Position numbers and translations under genes: made by a program. The notes under the pieces were generated by a model. It ran no database searches and was not told the origin of the DNA. It worked only from the letters and a program-made list of their open reading frames with translations. A stretch of 52,333 bases of DNA from Actinomycetota bacterium (lineage in GTDB: Bacteria; Actinomycetota; Humimicrobiia; Humimicrobiales; Humimicrobiaceae): assembly GCA_023487035.1 (NCBI GenBank), contig JAMDEN010000083.1, positions 1-52,333 of the forward strand, given 5' to 3'. Numbering within the stretch: position 1 is the stretch's first letter; each line of letters starts with the position of its first letter. This document shows positions 22,870-33,592 of this stretch, piece after piece.

Positions 22870-23799
22870 TTAATGCATCTCAGCTTCACAAGTTCCTAAT
22901 GCTGGTTTATAAAAATTAAATTGAACATTAGAATGATCGGCCAATAACGACATTGGTACAGATGAATCTTGAATCTTTTTAGAAATCATATATGTTGTAA
23001 GCCTCATTCCAAATGGGTTATCATGCATTCCTGCATGCCATATTGAAACTTTATCAGATTTCCAAGTTTCAACAGGACCTACTGTTATCGCTTCTGAAGG
23101 AATATTTGAAACAACTCCACCTGCTGAAGTCCTTGCATTTTGTATGAGGGTTATTGGATGTAGCTTTACTACTCTTGCATTTAACTTTCGAAATTCTTCA
23201 GGCAATGGAGGACTATCTTTGTATCTTCCTTCTCTTCTTACAGGATCATTAAAAGCCCAATGTTTTGTCTCTCCCTGACCACCTTGCATAATAAGGCATT
23301 TAATGCTGTCGTAAGATTTAGAATATTCTTCAATATTATCAGCTCTTAAAAAATGAATATTTTCATCAGGCATTCTTAAGTCTTTCCTAATTTTATTAAA
23401 ACATAAATCCATATCAGCTTTTGCAAAACTTAAAGGATTAGTAATAGGAGCTTCTTTTCCATTAATAAACCATTCATCCATAGCCCAAAAATGTCCATCT
23501 TTAACATTTATTTCAAGATCATTTACAATTTCTGCTACAAGAGGCAGTTGCTCTGTTGGACCAATAGGACCACATATTCCTACAGGGTTAGTACTTGTAG
23601 ATTTTTGCCAGCAATATATATATTCAAGAGCTTCAGCCACATAAAAAGATTCAAGGGTATCATAAAACTTTACAGTAAAGCCCGGTCTTGAAAGATTTAG
23701 CATATCGTCTGCAGTAAGTTTTGCAGCTTCTTTTAGTATTTCTTCATCTAAAGTAGTATAATCCCACCACTCTGGAGCAATCTTACTTAAATTCCTCAT
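22870..23799 (-). CDS. Divergent glucosamine-6-phosphate isomerase/deaminase (NagB-like) family protein
   Basis: [25 protein letters not shown] and P.EAITVG motifs; ATG at 23799 follows a GGGGG RBS. Confidence 0.75.
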   Translation of the reverse strand: MRNLSKIAPEWWDYTTLDEEILKEAAKLTADDMLNLSRPGFTVKFYDTLESFYVAEALEYIYCWQKSTSTNPVGICGPIGPTEQLPLVAEIVNDLEINVKDGHFWAMDEWFINGKEAPITNPLSFAKADMDLCFNKIRKDLRMPDENIHFLRADNIEEYSKSYDSIKCLIMQGGQGETKHWAFNDPVRREGRYKDSPPLPEEFRKLNARVVKLHPITLIQNARTSAGGVVSNIPSEAITVGPVETWKSDKVSIWHAGMHDNPFGMRLTTYMISKKIQDSSVPMSLLADHSNVQFNFYKPALGTCEAEMH

Positions 23800-23905
23800 T
23801 TTTCCCCCTTTCAAAAAATTTTCAGTAAATCAGTTTAATATATTCAAATTAATTTAAGTTAATTTCTTTAAAATAATTATAAAATCTAAAAAACCAATTA
23901 AATTA

Positions 23906-25198
23906 TTAACCACACCACTCATTTATAAATATTATAAATATGGTAATAAGTGAATATATATCCTCCAACAATACCCATTCATCTGAACCATGAATATTAT
24001 CACCACTTGGACCTAAAATTATTACCGGCATTTTACCCTGATCTCCGTAAATAGCCATATCACATGACAAAGATGCACCACTGACAACCTGGCTAATCTT
24101 TGTATAATTCTCATAAACTTCAATCAGTTTCTGAATTCCACTATCATTTAAATCAGATTCCCAAGGTCTTACATAATGAAATGTGGGTATTATTTCAAAT
24201 TCAAATAATTTTAAAATTGGATCAGTTTTGAAACTCTTTTCCCAGAACTTTTTAAATTCATTATAAAAATATTTTTCACTCATACCTGGGTAAGACCATA
24301 CAATCCATGAAATTTTTGTCATAAGGGGATTTCCCATTTGTGTAAACTCTCCTGGTATTTTTGAGTCTATATCCCATAAAAGTATATTTAACTCTTTCCC
24401 CGGTTCATTAAATAAATCGTGTTTATTTACAGATCTCCAGTATTTTTCCCATTCCTTAAATAGTTCAATAACTCTTGCAGCGCCATTTATCGGATTGGGA
24501 ATTGAATAACCCATAAAAGGCATACCACCTGCTTTACCTTTTAAAACTAAATCTCCTAAAAATGCACCCAGGCATGCCACACAAATCTGCATCCTTGTAG
24601 GTTCTGTAAGAATTGCCAGATCAGCATTATATCCTTTAAGTCTAGATGCCAATGTCCCATTACCGCCTGCAAATTCTTCATCAACAACACTTTCAAAAAT
24701 TATGTCCCCTTGCGGTTTAAAACCTATTTCTTTTAATATCCTGATAGCCCAGTATGCTGAAGCCAAACCACCTTTCATATCAACAGTACCTCTTCCATAA
24801 AGCTTTCCGTCTTTTTCAACGGGCTCGTATGGTCTGCATACTTTCCAGTTATCAGGTTCAAAAGGTGCAACATCTACATGCCCGCTAAATAATAAGGATT
24901 TACCTTTTTTTATTCCTTCCCATTTTGCAACAACATTTTTCCTGTTGTTTGAATAATATCTTCCATTAAGCCAGAAAGGATTATCTTTTATCCCTGGAAT
25001 ATCTTCAGGTGAAAACATATCTGTTTTAAGTCCGATAATTGAACACTCTTTTTCAATAAATTTTTGAGCTTCTCCCTCATTTCCATTCGGAAAACGGTTT
25101 TCACTTGGAAAACGCACCAGAGACTTTAGCCATTCAATAATTTCACCTTTTCTTTTTGAAACTTCTTTCTGAACTATTTCCGGAGTTATTTTTATCAT
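23906..25198 (-). CDS. M20 (ArgE/DapE-like) metallo-amidohydrolase/deacylase
   Basis: SGHVDV, GRGTVDMKGG, DEE, EPT and IHGSDE metal motifs. Confidence 0.9.
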   Translation of the reverse strand: MIKITPEIVQKEVSKRKGEIIEWLKSLVRFPSENRFPNGNEGEAQKFIEKECSIIGLKTDMFSPEDIPGIKDNPFWLNGRYYSNNRKNVVAKWEGIKKGKSLLFSGHVDVAPFEPDNWKVCRPYEPVEKDGKLYGRGTVDMKGGLASAYWAIRILKEIGFKPQGDIIFESVVDEEFAGGNGTLASRLKGYNADLAILTEPTRMQICVACLGAFLGDLVLKGKAGGMPFMGYSIPNPINGAARVIELFKEWEKYWRSVNKHDLFNEPGKELNILLWDIDSKIPGEFTQMGNPLMTKISWIVWSYPGMSEKYFYNEFKKFWEKSFKTDPILKLFEFEIIPTFHYVRPWESDLNDSGIQKLIEVYENYTKISQVVSGASLSCDMAIYGDQGKMPVIILGPSGDNIHGSDEWVLLEDIYSLITIFIIFINEWCG

Positions 25199-26361
25199 AA
25201 TTCTATTATTTCCCTTTTATAACTTGTAAGTTCTTTTATACCTTTATCAGTAATTAAAATTCCATCCTCATAACGTAAACCGTTAATTCCATCTGAAAGC
25301 CATATATCAATATTAAAAAGCATTCCGGGTTCTATAATAAAATCTGCATTCTCTGCAAGCCAAAAACCTTCAACCTCTGAATGTCCAGTTCCGTGTGCAG
25401 GTCCATATAAAGTAAAATTTTCATAACCATAATTAGACAGAATCTTATAATAACCATCAAATATACTTGACGCAATTATTCCAGGTTTAATATTATCAAG
25501 TGCATACTGAAATGCTTCCAATGCAACTTCCATCAATGCTTTGGCTGATTTGGGAACTTTACCTATTGAAAAAGGTCGGCACATATTACCGCAATAACCC
25601 ATATATTTTGCTCCAAAAGTAAACTGTATTAATTCATTTTTTTCTATAGGCTTATCTGTCGAGCGGCATAAGCTCAATCTTGTATGATCACCTGAACATA
25701 CCCATGACGGATAAGGCATCCCTTCTGCACCCATGGATAACATTTTTGTACGTGCAATAGCTTCCACCTCCCACTCTTTCATACCAGGTTTTACAGCATT
25801 AAGAGCAGTTTTCATTGCTTCTTCTGATATATGGTATGCTTCAATAATATATGGTATTTCATCTTTTGATTTTATTTTTTGAACATTTAATAATAGATTA
25901 TCTGCTCTAGAAAATTGTGCATCTGGAACAGCCTTATTTAATTCTTTAAATAATACATAAGGGAAAATATTCCAGTTACCTATACCAATTTTTTTTGGAT
26001 TCTTTTTGCAGACTTTTGAAATTATTTCACTAAAATTCATTTCATCCACTTTTGGTACCCACTCGGGTGCACAAGTTTCAACAAGCAATGGATTTATAAA
26101 TATTAAAGGTACTGATGAAAATTCTTTTGCAAATTCATATGATTCAGGTCCACCTGTTAAAAGTGCAGCTTTACCTTCTGCAGGAACAATTACAACAGCA
26201 AAATCAAAAAAAGGCCAGAAACCTGTTAAATAACGTGAAGAAGCAGATTCACATTCACTACTGTAACTTATAAACAAATCAATTCCATTTTTATTTAATT
26301 CTTTTTGTAATCGAGCTACCCTATCGTCATATTCCGAAGAAGGGAGTGGATTTAATCTCAT
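25195..26361 (-). CDS. M24 pita-bread fold hydrolase (Xaa-Pro peptidase/creatinase-like)
   Basis: Creatinase-like N domain RYLTGF; IKSKDEI, PGMKEWEV, HGTG and GLRYED motifs; 4-bp overlap with the M20 gene. Confidence 0.85.
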   Translation of the reverse strand: MRLNPLPSSEYDDRVARLQKELNKNGIDLFISYSSECESASSRYLTGFWPFFDFAVVIVPAEGKAALLTGGPESYEFAKEFSSVPLIFINPLLVETCAPEWVPKVDEMNFSEIISKVCKKNPKKIGIGNWNIFPYVLFKELNKAVPDAQFSRADNLLLNVQKIKSKDEIPYIIEAYHISEEAMKTALNAVKPGMKEWEVEAIARTKMLSMGAEGMPYPSWVCSGDHTRLSLCRSTDKPIEKNELIQFTFGAKYMGYCGNMCRPFSIGKVPKSAKALMEVALEAFQYALDNIKPGIIASSIFDGYYKILSNYGYENFTLYGPAHGTGHSEVEGFWLAENADFIIEPGMLFNIDIWLSDGINGLRYEDGILITDKGIKELTSYKREIIEL

Positions 26362-26433
26362 TACCTTGCCTCCTGATATCAGCTATCTATAAATATAAAA
26401 TTTTCGACTAATAAAATATCGCATTAATTATTT

Positions 26434-26790
26434 CTATTTTTTGCCTTTATCGAACCATTGATTTTTATTTCCTAAATACTGCATAAGTTCAACGACAGTG
26501 CCATCTTTGTATTCATAAAAACCAACTTTTAAAAAACCTCCAACTTCAAATGGTTCTAAAAGTACTTTAAGCCCTTTTGATGCCTCTTCTAAATTATCTA
26601 CGTTATAAGCTATATGACTTCTCTCTCTTACCGGGCCTTTTACAGGTGTGTCATTTTCATAACGTAACCATTCAACATGAAAAGGGTGATCTTTTGGATT
26701 AGTAACCCAGACTCTTGTTGATTCCACCCAATTTTCATCATCCTTTTTTTTATCTGTTATTAATCCAACATGATCAAACTCCATTTTCAT
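26434..26790 (-). CDS. Small hypothetical protein, possible VOC/glyoxalase-like fold
   Basis: FDHVG, HIAYNVDNLE and G.VVELMQ motifs; GGAGG RBS. Confidence 0.6.
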   Translation of the reverse strand: MKMEFDHVGLITDKKKDDENWVESTRVWVTNPKDHPFHVEWLRYENDTPVKGPVRERSHIAYNVDNLEEASKGLKVLLEPFEVGGFLKVGFYEYKDGTVVELMQYLGNKNQWFDKGKK

Positions 26791-26868
26791 TTAATTGCCT
26801 CCCTTATATATTCATAAAATTATTACTGGTTTATGTTTCTGTCTTATAAATAATTAATAATTTAAAAG

Positions 26869-27870
26869 CTAAAATTCAATTACCCTATTTTCTTTTGCTG
26901 ATTTTTCTGCCATCCTCATAGCATAAACTACATCCCTTGATTCCTGAGGTGTTATTATTGTTGGCTTTTTCCCTTCTGAAATACACTTAAGGAAATAATC
27001 GAATTCTTCTTTTAGATACCCTCTTCTCATCCCATGGACTTTCGGCCAATATGTAGATTGAGGATAACTTATACCTTTTTTTGTAAGAACAGAATAATAA
27101 TCGCCTGAATTATTAATATTAATGATTCCGTCTGTGCCTATTATTTCCATTTTTGCATCAATAGCAAAGGGGGCATTATCAGGTAAACTCCAAACATTCT
27201 CGATAACTGCAAAAGTTCCATCATCCAGTCTAAAAAAGGCCCATGCTACGTCATCATACTTAAATTCAGGTCGAGTACTGGTAGTCTGTGCATAAACTGT
27301 TTTAGGTTTTGCACCTGTATACCATAACATTAAGTCAAAATCATGTATCCCGTCACCAAATAATGCACTTATTTTATTTAGTGAACTTTCTGTTATCCAT
27401 TTGGCAAGATTTCTTTTTGCATGAATGGATATTATCTTACCAATACTGCCTGCATCAATTTCTTCTTTTGCAAGAGCATAAGCCGTATCAAATCTGCAAA
27501 CATGTCCTACCATAAAAAATTTATCAGTATTTTTTAAAGCTTCCAATATTTTGTCACATTCCTCAGCATTATTTGCCATAGGTTTTTCAAGAAATACATG
27601 CTTCCCTGCATTTATTGCATCTATTGCCGGCTGCATATGGTCGTAAACATGTGTAACTATTGAAACCATGTCAATATCCTTATCAGCAAGAAGTTCATGA
27701 TAATTAGTATATGTCTTCTTAATATTATATTTGTTAGCAATTTCTTTAAGGCGTTCCTCACGTCTAGTACAAACAGCAGTTACATCCGCAAGAGGAAGTG
27801 CTTGCAGAGTATCGATATGATGCTCACCAAACCATCCTAAACCAATAACTCCGACTTTAATTCTTTCCAT
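26869..27870 (-). CDS. Gfo/Idh/MocA family oxidoreductase
   Basis: GVIGLGWFG, EKP, GHVCRF and DGIHDFD motifs; ATG at 27870 follows GGAGG. Confidence 0.92.
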   Translation of the reverse strand: MERIKVGVIGLGWFGEHHIDTLQALPLADVTAVCTRREERLKEIANKYNIKKTYTNYHELLADKDIDMVSIVTHVYDHMQPAIDAINAGKHVFLEKPMANNAEECDKILEALKNTDKFFMVGHVCRFDTAYALAKEEIDAGSIGKIISIHAKRNLAKWITESSLNKISALFGDGIHDFDLMLWYTGAKPKTVYAQTTSTRPEFKYDDVAWAFFRLDDGTFAVIENVWSLPDNAPFAIDAKMEIIGTDGIININNSGDYYSVLTKKGISYPQSTYWPKVHGMRRGYLKEEFDYFLKCISEGKKPTIITPQESRDVVYAMRMAEKSAKENRVIEF

Positions 27871-28063
27871 ATTTATTATTACCTCCTTTAAAAAAATAAT
27901 TTGCTTCACAAATACATTATTAATTTTAAGCTCACGATATTAATTTATTATGGATTTATTATGGCCTTATTGCATATATTCTTTTTGTTTTATAACTAAA
28001 ATTTAGATCTTAAAAATATTAAAAAATTTTTTTAATACTCCCTTAATTATTCTTAAGCCTTAC

Positions 28064-28107
28064 ATTAACGTTAATATTACTTTATCGTTAATGTTAAATT
28101 TTGTCAA
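28064..28107 (-). promoter_or_regulatory. Sigma70-type promoter overlapped by a LacI-type operator
   Basis: Minus-strand TTGACA (28102-28107), 17-bp spacer, TAAAGT (28079-28084); perfect CG-centred palindrome ATTAACGTTAAT at 28064-28075. Confidence 0.7.
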
Positions 28108-28287
28108 GTTTTATTTATTATTTATTATTAAAAAAAAGAAAAAAATTCTTATTTTTTATAAATTTCAAGATAATTTATCTTTTTTCTTCTTACTATTTTT
28201 TGAAAATATTTTTAAAAATGGAAAATAAGAATATAAGGATTTAAAATTTTAAAAAGAGGTTTTAATGATTTTTTATTTCATTTACAA

Positions 28288-29307
28288 TTATCTTACTATG
28301 AGATTGGTTTCAAATATATATTGTTTGAAATTGTCATGAAATTTTTCTTCAATATTACTTAACAATATATCAACAGCTTTATATGCAATTTTCTTTTTTG
28401 AATAGTTTACTGTTGTCAATGGGTAAGGATAAAAAAATCTTGATTGAATATTATCAAAACCAATAACGGGAATATTTTTAAATCTATTTTTATCTATATT
28501 TTGCAATGCATATATTATCTCCCAAGCTACTATATCACTAAACGCAAATACTGCACTAAATTCCAATCCCTCTTGAATAATCTTATTTATAGCTTTAATA
28601 CTATATCCAGAGGTATTTCCAACTTCTTTTATGAGATTTTCATCTAATTTAACGTTGTTTTCAACAAATGCTTTTTTATACCCTTCCAATCTTTCTTTAG
28701 CAGATGAAATATACCCTGGACCATTCATAAATAGAATCTTTTTATGACCTTTTTTTATAAGATAATCTATAGCTAAAAAACTTCCATGAACATCATCTGA
28801 TATTACATAATCCGTTTCCAAGTCATAAAATCTTCTTCCAAGAAGCACAAAAGGGACACCATTATTTATTAAAAATTTAATATCTTTATTATCTTTTTGA
28901 GTAGGGCATAAAATAATTCCATCAACATTTTTACTTAAAGCAAAAAATATTGCATCTTCTTCTATTTCATACTCTTCTTCAGTATTTATAATAAATGTGT
29001 TATAATTATTTAATCTCAGTCTTGTTTCTATGTCTTTTACCCATATAGCAATTAATGGGTCTGAAATATCAGGAACAATAGTAGCAATTGTTCTTGTCTT
29101 GCCTGAACGCAATGAACCAGCAATACTATTTGGGATATACCCCATCTCTTTAGAAACTTTGTAGATATATTCCCTAGTTGCTTTAGAAATATCTTCTTTA
29201 TTTTTTAAAGCTCTCGATATAGTATTTGCAGAAAAACCTGTTTTTTTTGCTATATCTTTTAAAGTTATTTTCTTTTTTCTGCCTTTATTTTCTGATAAAT
29301 CTTTCAT
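28288..29307 (-). CDS. LacI family transcriptional regulator
   Basis: ITLKDIAKKTGFSANTISRALKN HTH; YIPNSIAGSL, IGFDNI and LTTV motifs. Confidence 0.96.
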   Translation of the reverse strand: MKDLSENKGRKKKITLKDIAKKTGFSANTISRALKNKEDISKATREYIYKVSKEMGYIPNSIAGSLRSGKTRTIATIVPDISDPLIAIWVKDIETRLRLNNYNTFIINTEEEYEIEEDAIFFALSKNVDGIILCPTQKDNKDIKFLINNGVPFVLLGRRFYDLETDYVISDDVHGSFLAIDYLIKKGHKKILFMNGPGYISSAKERLEGYKKAFVENNVKLDENLIKEVGNTSGYSIKAINKIIQEGLEFSAVFAFSDIVAWEIIYALQNIDKNRFKNIPVIGFDNIQSRFFYPYPLTTVNYSKKKIAYKAVDILLSNIEEKFHDNFKQYIFETNLIVR

Positions 29308-29533
29308 TCAGATAAAAAATAATTTTAAGTTTGTTTTTATATTTTTATTTTACTATTTTATTTTATATTATAATGGTAACACAATTTTAATCATAATAAT
29401 TAAAAATCATATTAAATATCTGTATTACTTTAATTTACCAGCCTATTTTTAGGATTGAAGTTTATTAATTCTTATTTTTAATACCTAATATTATAATGAT
29501 TAAATTAGAAAAATTCATAAGTTTAGTCAAATT

Positions 29534-29806
29534 TCAATAAATTTCTGAATGATTTCCAACGTCTATTAATATTATTTTGTCTTCGTCAATAATAAAGACA
29601 ATAAATATCCTATATGAAATACTAATTGATACAGAATAAAGATCTGATAGCTTCCCCTCTAATTTATGTAATCTTAGTGAAGGATGAAAAGGATTTAATT
29701 CTAAAAGTTTAAGTGTTTTTTCATATTGTAGGAGAATATCAGGATGTCTTTTAGAGAATTTTTTTGCCCTTTTAATATAACTTTCTGTATATATTATTTT
29801 AGCCAC
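29534..29806 (-). CDS. Type II TA toxin, RelE/YafQ-like mRNA interferase
   Basis: PFHPSLRLHKLEGKL..YSVSI..SYRI and DVGNHSEIY; overlaps the upstream antitoxin. Confidence 0.88.
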   Translation of the reverse strand: MAKIIYTESYIKRAKKFSKRHPDILLQYEKTLKLLELNPFHPSLRLHKLEGKLSDLYSVSISISYRIFIVFIIDEDKIILIDVGNHSEIY

Positions 29807-30056
29807 TTGTTATTCTTTTAATATGGTCTTCGACAGATTCTTCAATAAAGTTACCTGTTTCAATATCCATTTTTGACTGTCCTAACGCAGATTCAAGTTC
29901 GCACTCTCTTAAATAGTTATACGTCTCTATAGGAAGAACAATATACTTTGTTTTACCCCTTACAGTTATAGCAGTTTCAATTTCATCTGATGCAACTTTA
30001 TTTAATGCAGATACACCTTTAGTTTTAAGTTCATTTGCTGTAATTATGTTTACCAT
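29799..30056 (-). CDS. Type II TA antitoxin, Phd/YefM family
   Basis: ITANELKTKG and ITVRGKTKYIVL; ATG at 30056 follows AAGGAG. Confidence 0.88.
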   Translation of the reverse strand: MVNIITANELKTKGVSALNKVASDEIETAITVRGKTKYIVLPIETYNYLRECELESALGQSKMDIETGNFIEESVEDHIKRITSG

Positions 30057-30125
30057 TATAACACTCCTTTTAGTATTATTAATAATATTAATATTAGTAC
30101 TGCTTGTCAAATTTTTATATTTTTA

Positions 30126-31516
30126 TGTCATTTAAAAGTTAAAAGTGAACTGTTTTTATTAAATTTAAAAGTTAAAAGTGAACACCTGCTTTAGCTATAA
30201 TTTAGATCTAAAAAGAAAGGATCTTAACTATGGCAAAGCAGCTTCATAAAAAATTTTCTGATATTCAGATTAAGGAACTTATCAGCCGGTATTAGAGGGT
30301 AAAATAAAAAGAGAACATATCCAAAAAGTACTGGGCATTGGTAAAACAAGATTTTTTACACTACTTAAAAAATACAGACAGGAACCTAATTTTACAATTG
30401 AATATGTAAGAAAAAATGCAACAAATAAAATAGCTCCTGAGGTGGAAGAAAATATAATGAATGAGCTTGCTATTGAGAAAAAATTAATAACTGATCCAAA
30501 TATTCCGCTCCGCTTATACAACTACAGCTATATAAAGGACAGGCTTGAGGAAGTATATAAACAAAAAGTATCTCTGCCAAGTATTATTTCAAGAGCAAAG
30601 GCAGCTGGCTTTTACATCAAAAAGAAAGATCCAAAAGCTCATGACAGAGAGGTCTTAACCAATTATCCTGGAGAGCTTATCCAGCATGACAGTTCCCATC
30701 ATAAGTGGAGTCCTTATGCTGACTCTAAGTGGTATCTTATCACCTCGCTTGACGACTATTCAAGATTTATCCTTTATACAGCTCTTGTGGAAAAAGAGAC
30801 AAGCTGGGCTCATATACAGGCTCTGGAGTATGTTATACTTAAGTACGGAATTCCAGCATCCTATTATGTGGACAGCCATTCAATATTTAGATTTGTTCAG
30901 GGCAGAGACTCCTTTTGGAGAAAACATTACAGTTTAACAGATGAAGTAGATCCTCAATGGAAACAGGTACTTTCTGAACTGGGAGTTGAAATTACATATG
31001 CACTTTCCCCTCAGGCAAAATGTAAAATTGAGCGTCCTTATGAATGGATTCAGGATAGACTTATTTAGGACTTGTGCAAGAGAAGGAATAAGCCAAATTC
31101 AAGATGCACAAAAGGTGCTTGGCCATGAAATAAATGCCTAAAACCATAAAAGGGTTCATTCCACCACCGGTGAAGTTCCTTATTTTAGATTTCAAAGAGC
31201 AATTAAAAACAATATTTCACTTTTCAGACAGTTTAGTCTTATCTACCCATATAAATCCACAAAGGATATATTTGCCTTAAGACTACAAAGAATAATTGAT
31301 GCCTATAGAAAAATATCCATAAGCAACCTACAGATAAAACTAAACTCTAAACCCAGAGAAACTAGATATCCGTATATATCCTCTAAATTCCCAGATTTCT
31401 GAGGTTAGATTCTGGGTTAGAGATGAGCTAATCGATATTCAAAAATTAAAGAACAGTGATTTAAAAATGGTTCACTTTTAAATTTTAAAGTGTTCACTTT
31501 TAAATTTTAGGTAACA
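30126..31516 (+). mobile_element. Insertion sequence, IS1202/ISNCY-like (IS481-related), 1391 bp, with a 15-bp target duplication
   Basis: Ends TGTCATTTAAAAGTTAAAAGTGAAC and GTTCACTTTTAAATTTTAGGTAACA, each with a second internal copy; ATTTTTATATTTTTA at 30111-30125 and 31517-31531. Confidence 0.9.
30230..31481 (+). pseudogene. Disrupted DDE (rve) transposase
   Basis: MAKQLHKKFSD... from 30230; GELIQHDSSHHKW, LDDYSR, YVDSHSIF and SPQAKCKIER motifs; frameshifts near 30293, 31066 and 31363; in-frame TAA near 31139. Confidence 0.88.
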
Positions 31517-31717
31517 ATTTTTATATTTTTAAAATAAGTTGATCTGTATTTGTGGTAGAGCAGTCGTTAATATTTTTTTGTGCAGAGTAAGTTTTTTAGT
31601 GTAGATTTAATTTAAAAAATTAAGGCTTTAATTTTATAAAATTGGTTGGCCCATTTTTTGGCAAAGGCCACATATTTAAACATTCATTAAAAGTTTTTCT
31701 TTTGATTTTATAGTTTC

Positions 31718-31794
<77 letters not shown>

Positions 31795-31960
31795 ATGATA
31801 ATTTAGAGTAATTGAATTATTTTATGAACTCTTATTTCTCTTTATTACAGAAAAGTAATTATAATTATTTTTTTTAATTATGTAAATACAAATTATAAAT
31901 CTTCACGGAAGAAAATGTTTGTTGTTTTTTAGAAAGGTAAATATGACTGAAATTAAAGAT

Positions 31961-32236
31961 TTAGTTTTTTCTGTTCTTAATAACCTTATAAATATCTTTG
32001 CTGTGTCTAATTCCTAAAATTAAAATTTCTCTTTCCCTTACTTTATATATAATTCTATAATCACCTATCTTCAACTTCATATAGCCTTTTAAGTTTTCCT
32101 TTAATGGTTCACCGTATTTTGCTGGTTCATTTATTAATTTTGTTTCAATAGCTCTTTTAATCCTTGATTTTGATATACTATCCAAGCTATTTAAATCTTC
32201 TTTTACAGCCTTGTGGTATTTTATCAGGTAAGCCAA
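31961..32236 (-). CDS. Type II TA toxin, RelE/ParE family
   Basis: P..YGEPLKENLKGY.KL.IGDYRIIY; likely TTG start 2 bp after the antitoxin stop. Confidence 0.88.
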   Translation of the reverse strand: MAYLIKYHKAVKEDLNSLDSISKSRIKRAIETKLINEPAKYGEPLKENLKGYMKLKIGDYRIIYKVREREILILGIRHSKDIYKVIKNRKN

Positions 32237-32238
32237 AT

Positions 32239-32469
32239 TTACCCCCAAACCTCATCATGGGTTAAGGACTCTTTCTCAGAAAATGTCTTTTCTCTCTCTT
32301 CTGCAAATTCAGTTAGTGCAATATCCTCCTCAAGTTCTTCTTTCTCCATCATACTTCTAAGATATTCCTCCACTACTTCAGATATTGTAACATCTCTTTC
32401 GGCTGCCTTAATTTTAATCATTTTTCGTATCTCCGGGTCTAATACAACAGTTAGTCTTTCTTTTTTCAT
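32239..32469 (-). CDS. Ribbon-helix-helix antitoxin (RelB/CopG-like)
   Basis: RLTVVLD...IKIKAAE...SEVVEEYL RHH pattern; acidic tail ELEED...LTHDEVW. Confidence 0.8.
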   Translation of the reverse strand: MKKERLTVVLDPEIRKMIKIKAAERDVTISEVVEEYLRSMMEKEELEEDIALTEFAEEREKTFSEKESLTHDEVWG

Positions 32470-32487
32470 AGTTTATCATCCCGTAAC

Positions 32488-32535
32488 ATATTATAAAAGT
32501 AGTATATTATAAAGTTGGTATATCATAAAAGTAGA
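32488..32535. repeat. Three 16-bp tandem repeats upstream of the RHH antitoxin (probable autoregulatory operator)
   Basis: ATATTATAAAAGTAGT / ATATTATAAAGTTGGT / ATATCATAAAAGTAGA. Confidence 0.6.
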
Positions 32536-32805
32536 AAATTATGAATAAGCTTTCCGGACAATAAAATAAGTTTTCTTTAAAAGATAAGCACAAATTAGCT
32601 TGATTTCATTTAGCCATAAAACGATATAAAAATTATAAAATTTATTTTTCAACCTTATAAATTTTAATTATAATGAAAATCATAAATACTAAAGCAAAAA
32701 AGACAGGACATGCGCTCCTTCTTTTAGAGGATCTGAAATACCTATATCACACTAACTAATTCATTAAATTGTAGATGCTGGTTCGAGAGCTCCTATGCCA
32801 TTAAA

Positions 32806-32988
32806 CTATTTAAAAATACCCAAATATTTTTTAATATGATTTGCCAGTGAATTATCAATCTCAGAATGTCTTGGAACTGGCTGTTTTTGTCCAGTTTTAG
32901 GATTTAAATAAATATCATGCTTTGATCCAGGTCTTGACAATATGCAACCTTCTTTTTTTAACTGTTTTATCAATTCGCTGCGTTTCAT
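32806..32988 (-). CDS. hicA: HicA family toxin
   Basis: MKRSELIKQL..EGC...R.GSKHDIY.NP...PVPRH.EI. Confidence 0.93.
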   Translation of the reverse strand: MKRSELIKQLKKEGCILSRPGSKHDIYLNPKTGQKQPVPRHSEIDNSLANHIKKYLGIFK

Positions 32989-33176
32989 ACAGATATTTCT
33001 TTTAATTTATAATCAGAGGGGACATCATCCATTAGCATTAATTTATAAGCATCTTTGAGGTTTTCTTCAAGTTCTTCAATGGTTTCACCCTGGCTCATGA
33101 TTTCAGGATGCTCAAGAATTTTACCTAACCAAAATCTTTCACCCTTCCAGTAAACTATATTTAATTTTGTGTTCAT
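32985..33176 (-). CDS. hicB: HicB family antitoxin (short, no DNA-binding domain)
   Basis: P.IMSQGETIEELEENLKDA; 4-bp overlap with hicA. Confidence 0.9.
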   Translation of the reverse strand: MNTKLNIVYWKGERFWLGKILEHPEIMSQGETIEELEENLKDAYKLMLMDDVPSDYKLKEISV

Positions 33177-33399
33177 TATCATCTCCATTAAATTAATATT
33201 TTAACATTATAAATTTTTTATCATAAAAAAGATTGTAAACCGTAATAGTTTAAACTCTTGTGATATTATAGCATAATTAATCACTGCTCTAAATTTTTTT
33301 CTATTATAATTTTCTATTATAATTATTTTACTTCAAGATTAATTTATTGATAATATTAAAATTAAAAATATTAATAATAGTGATGGTAATAATAGTGGT

Positions 33400-33437
33400 A
33401 ATGGCGCTAAACTAAATCAAAATTTATTAGCGCCATT
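33400..33437. other. 11-bp stem hairpin between divergent TA modules
   Basis: AATGGCGCTAA-N16-TTAGCGCCATT followed by a T-run. Confidence 0.5.
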
Positions 33438-33592
33438 TTTAAAAAATTATATCAATTAACTACCATAACTCCTGCAAATATATAAAGCCAAAAAAATTTA
33501 TTTATTTTTATTTAAAAAAATAATATCAGAATAATATTAAATTAATATTTAAAATTACCCTGGTTTTTTTTGCTTGCATTTTTCTTATTGCA

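Noticed and set aside
31551-31566. GGTAGAGCAGTC resembling a tRNA D-arm
   Set aside because: No acceptor, anticodon or T arm nearby.
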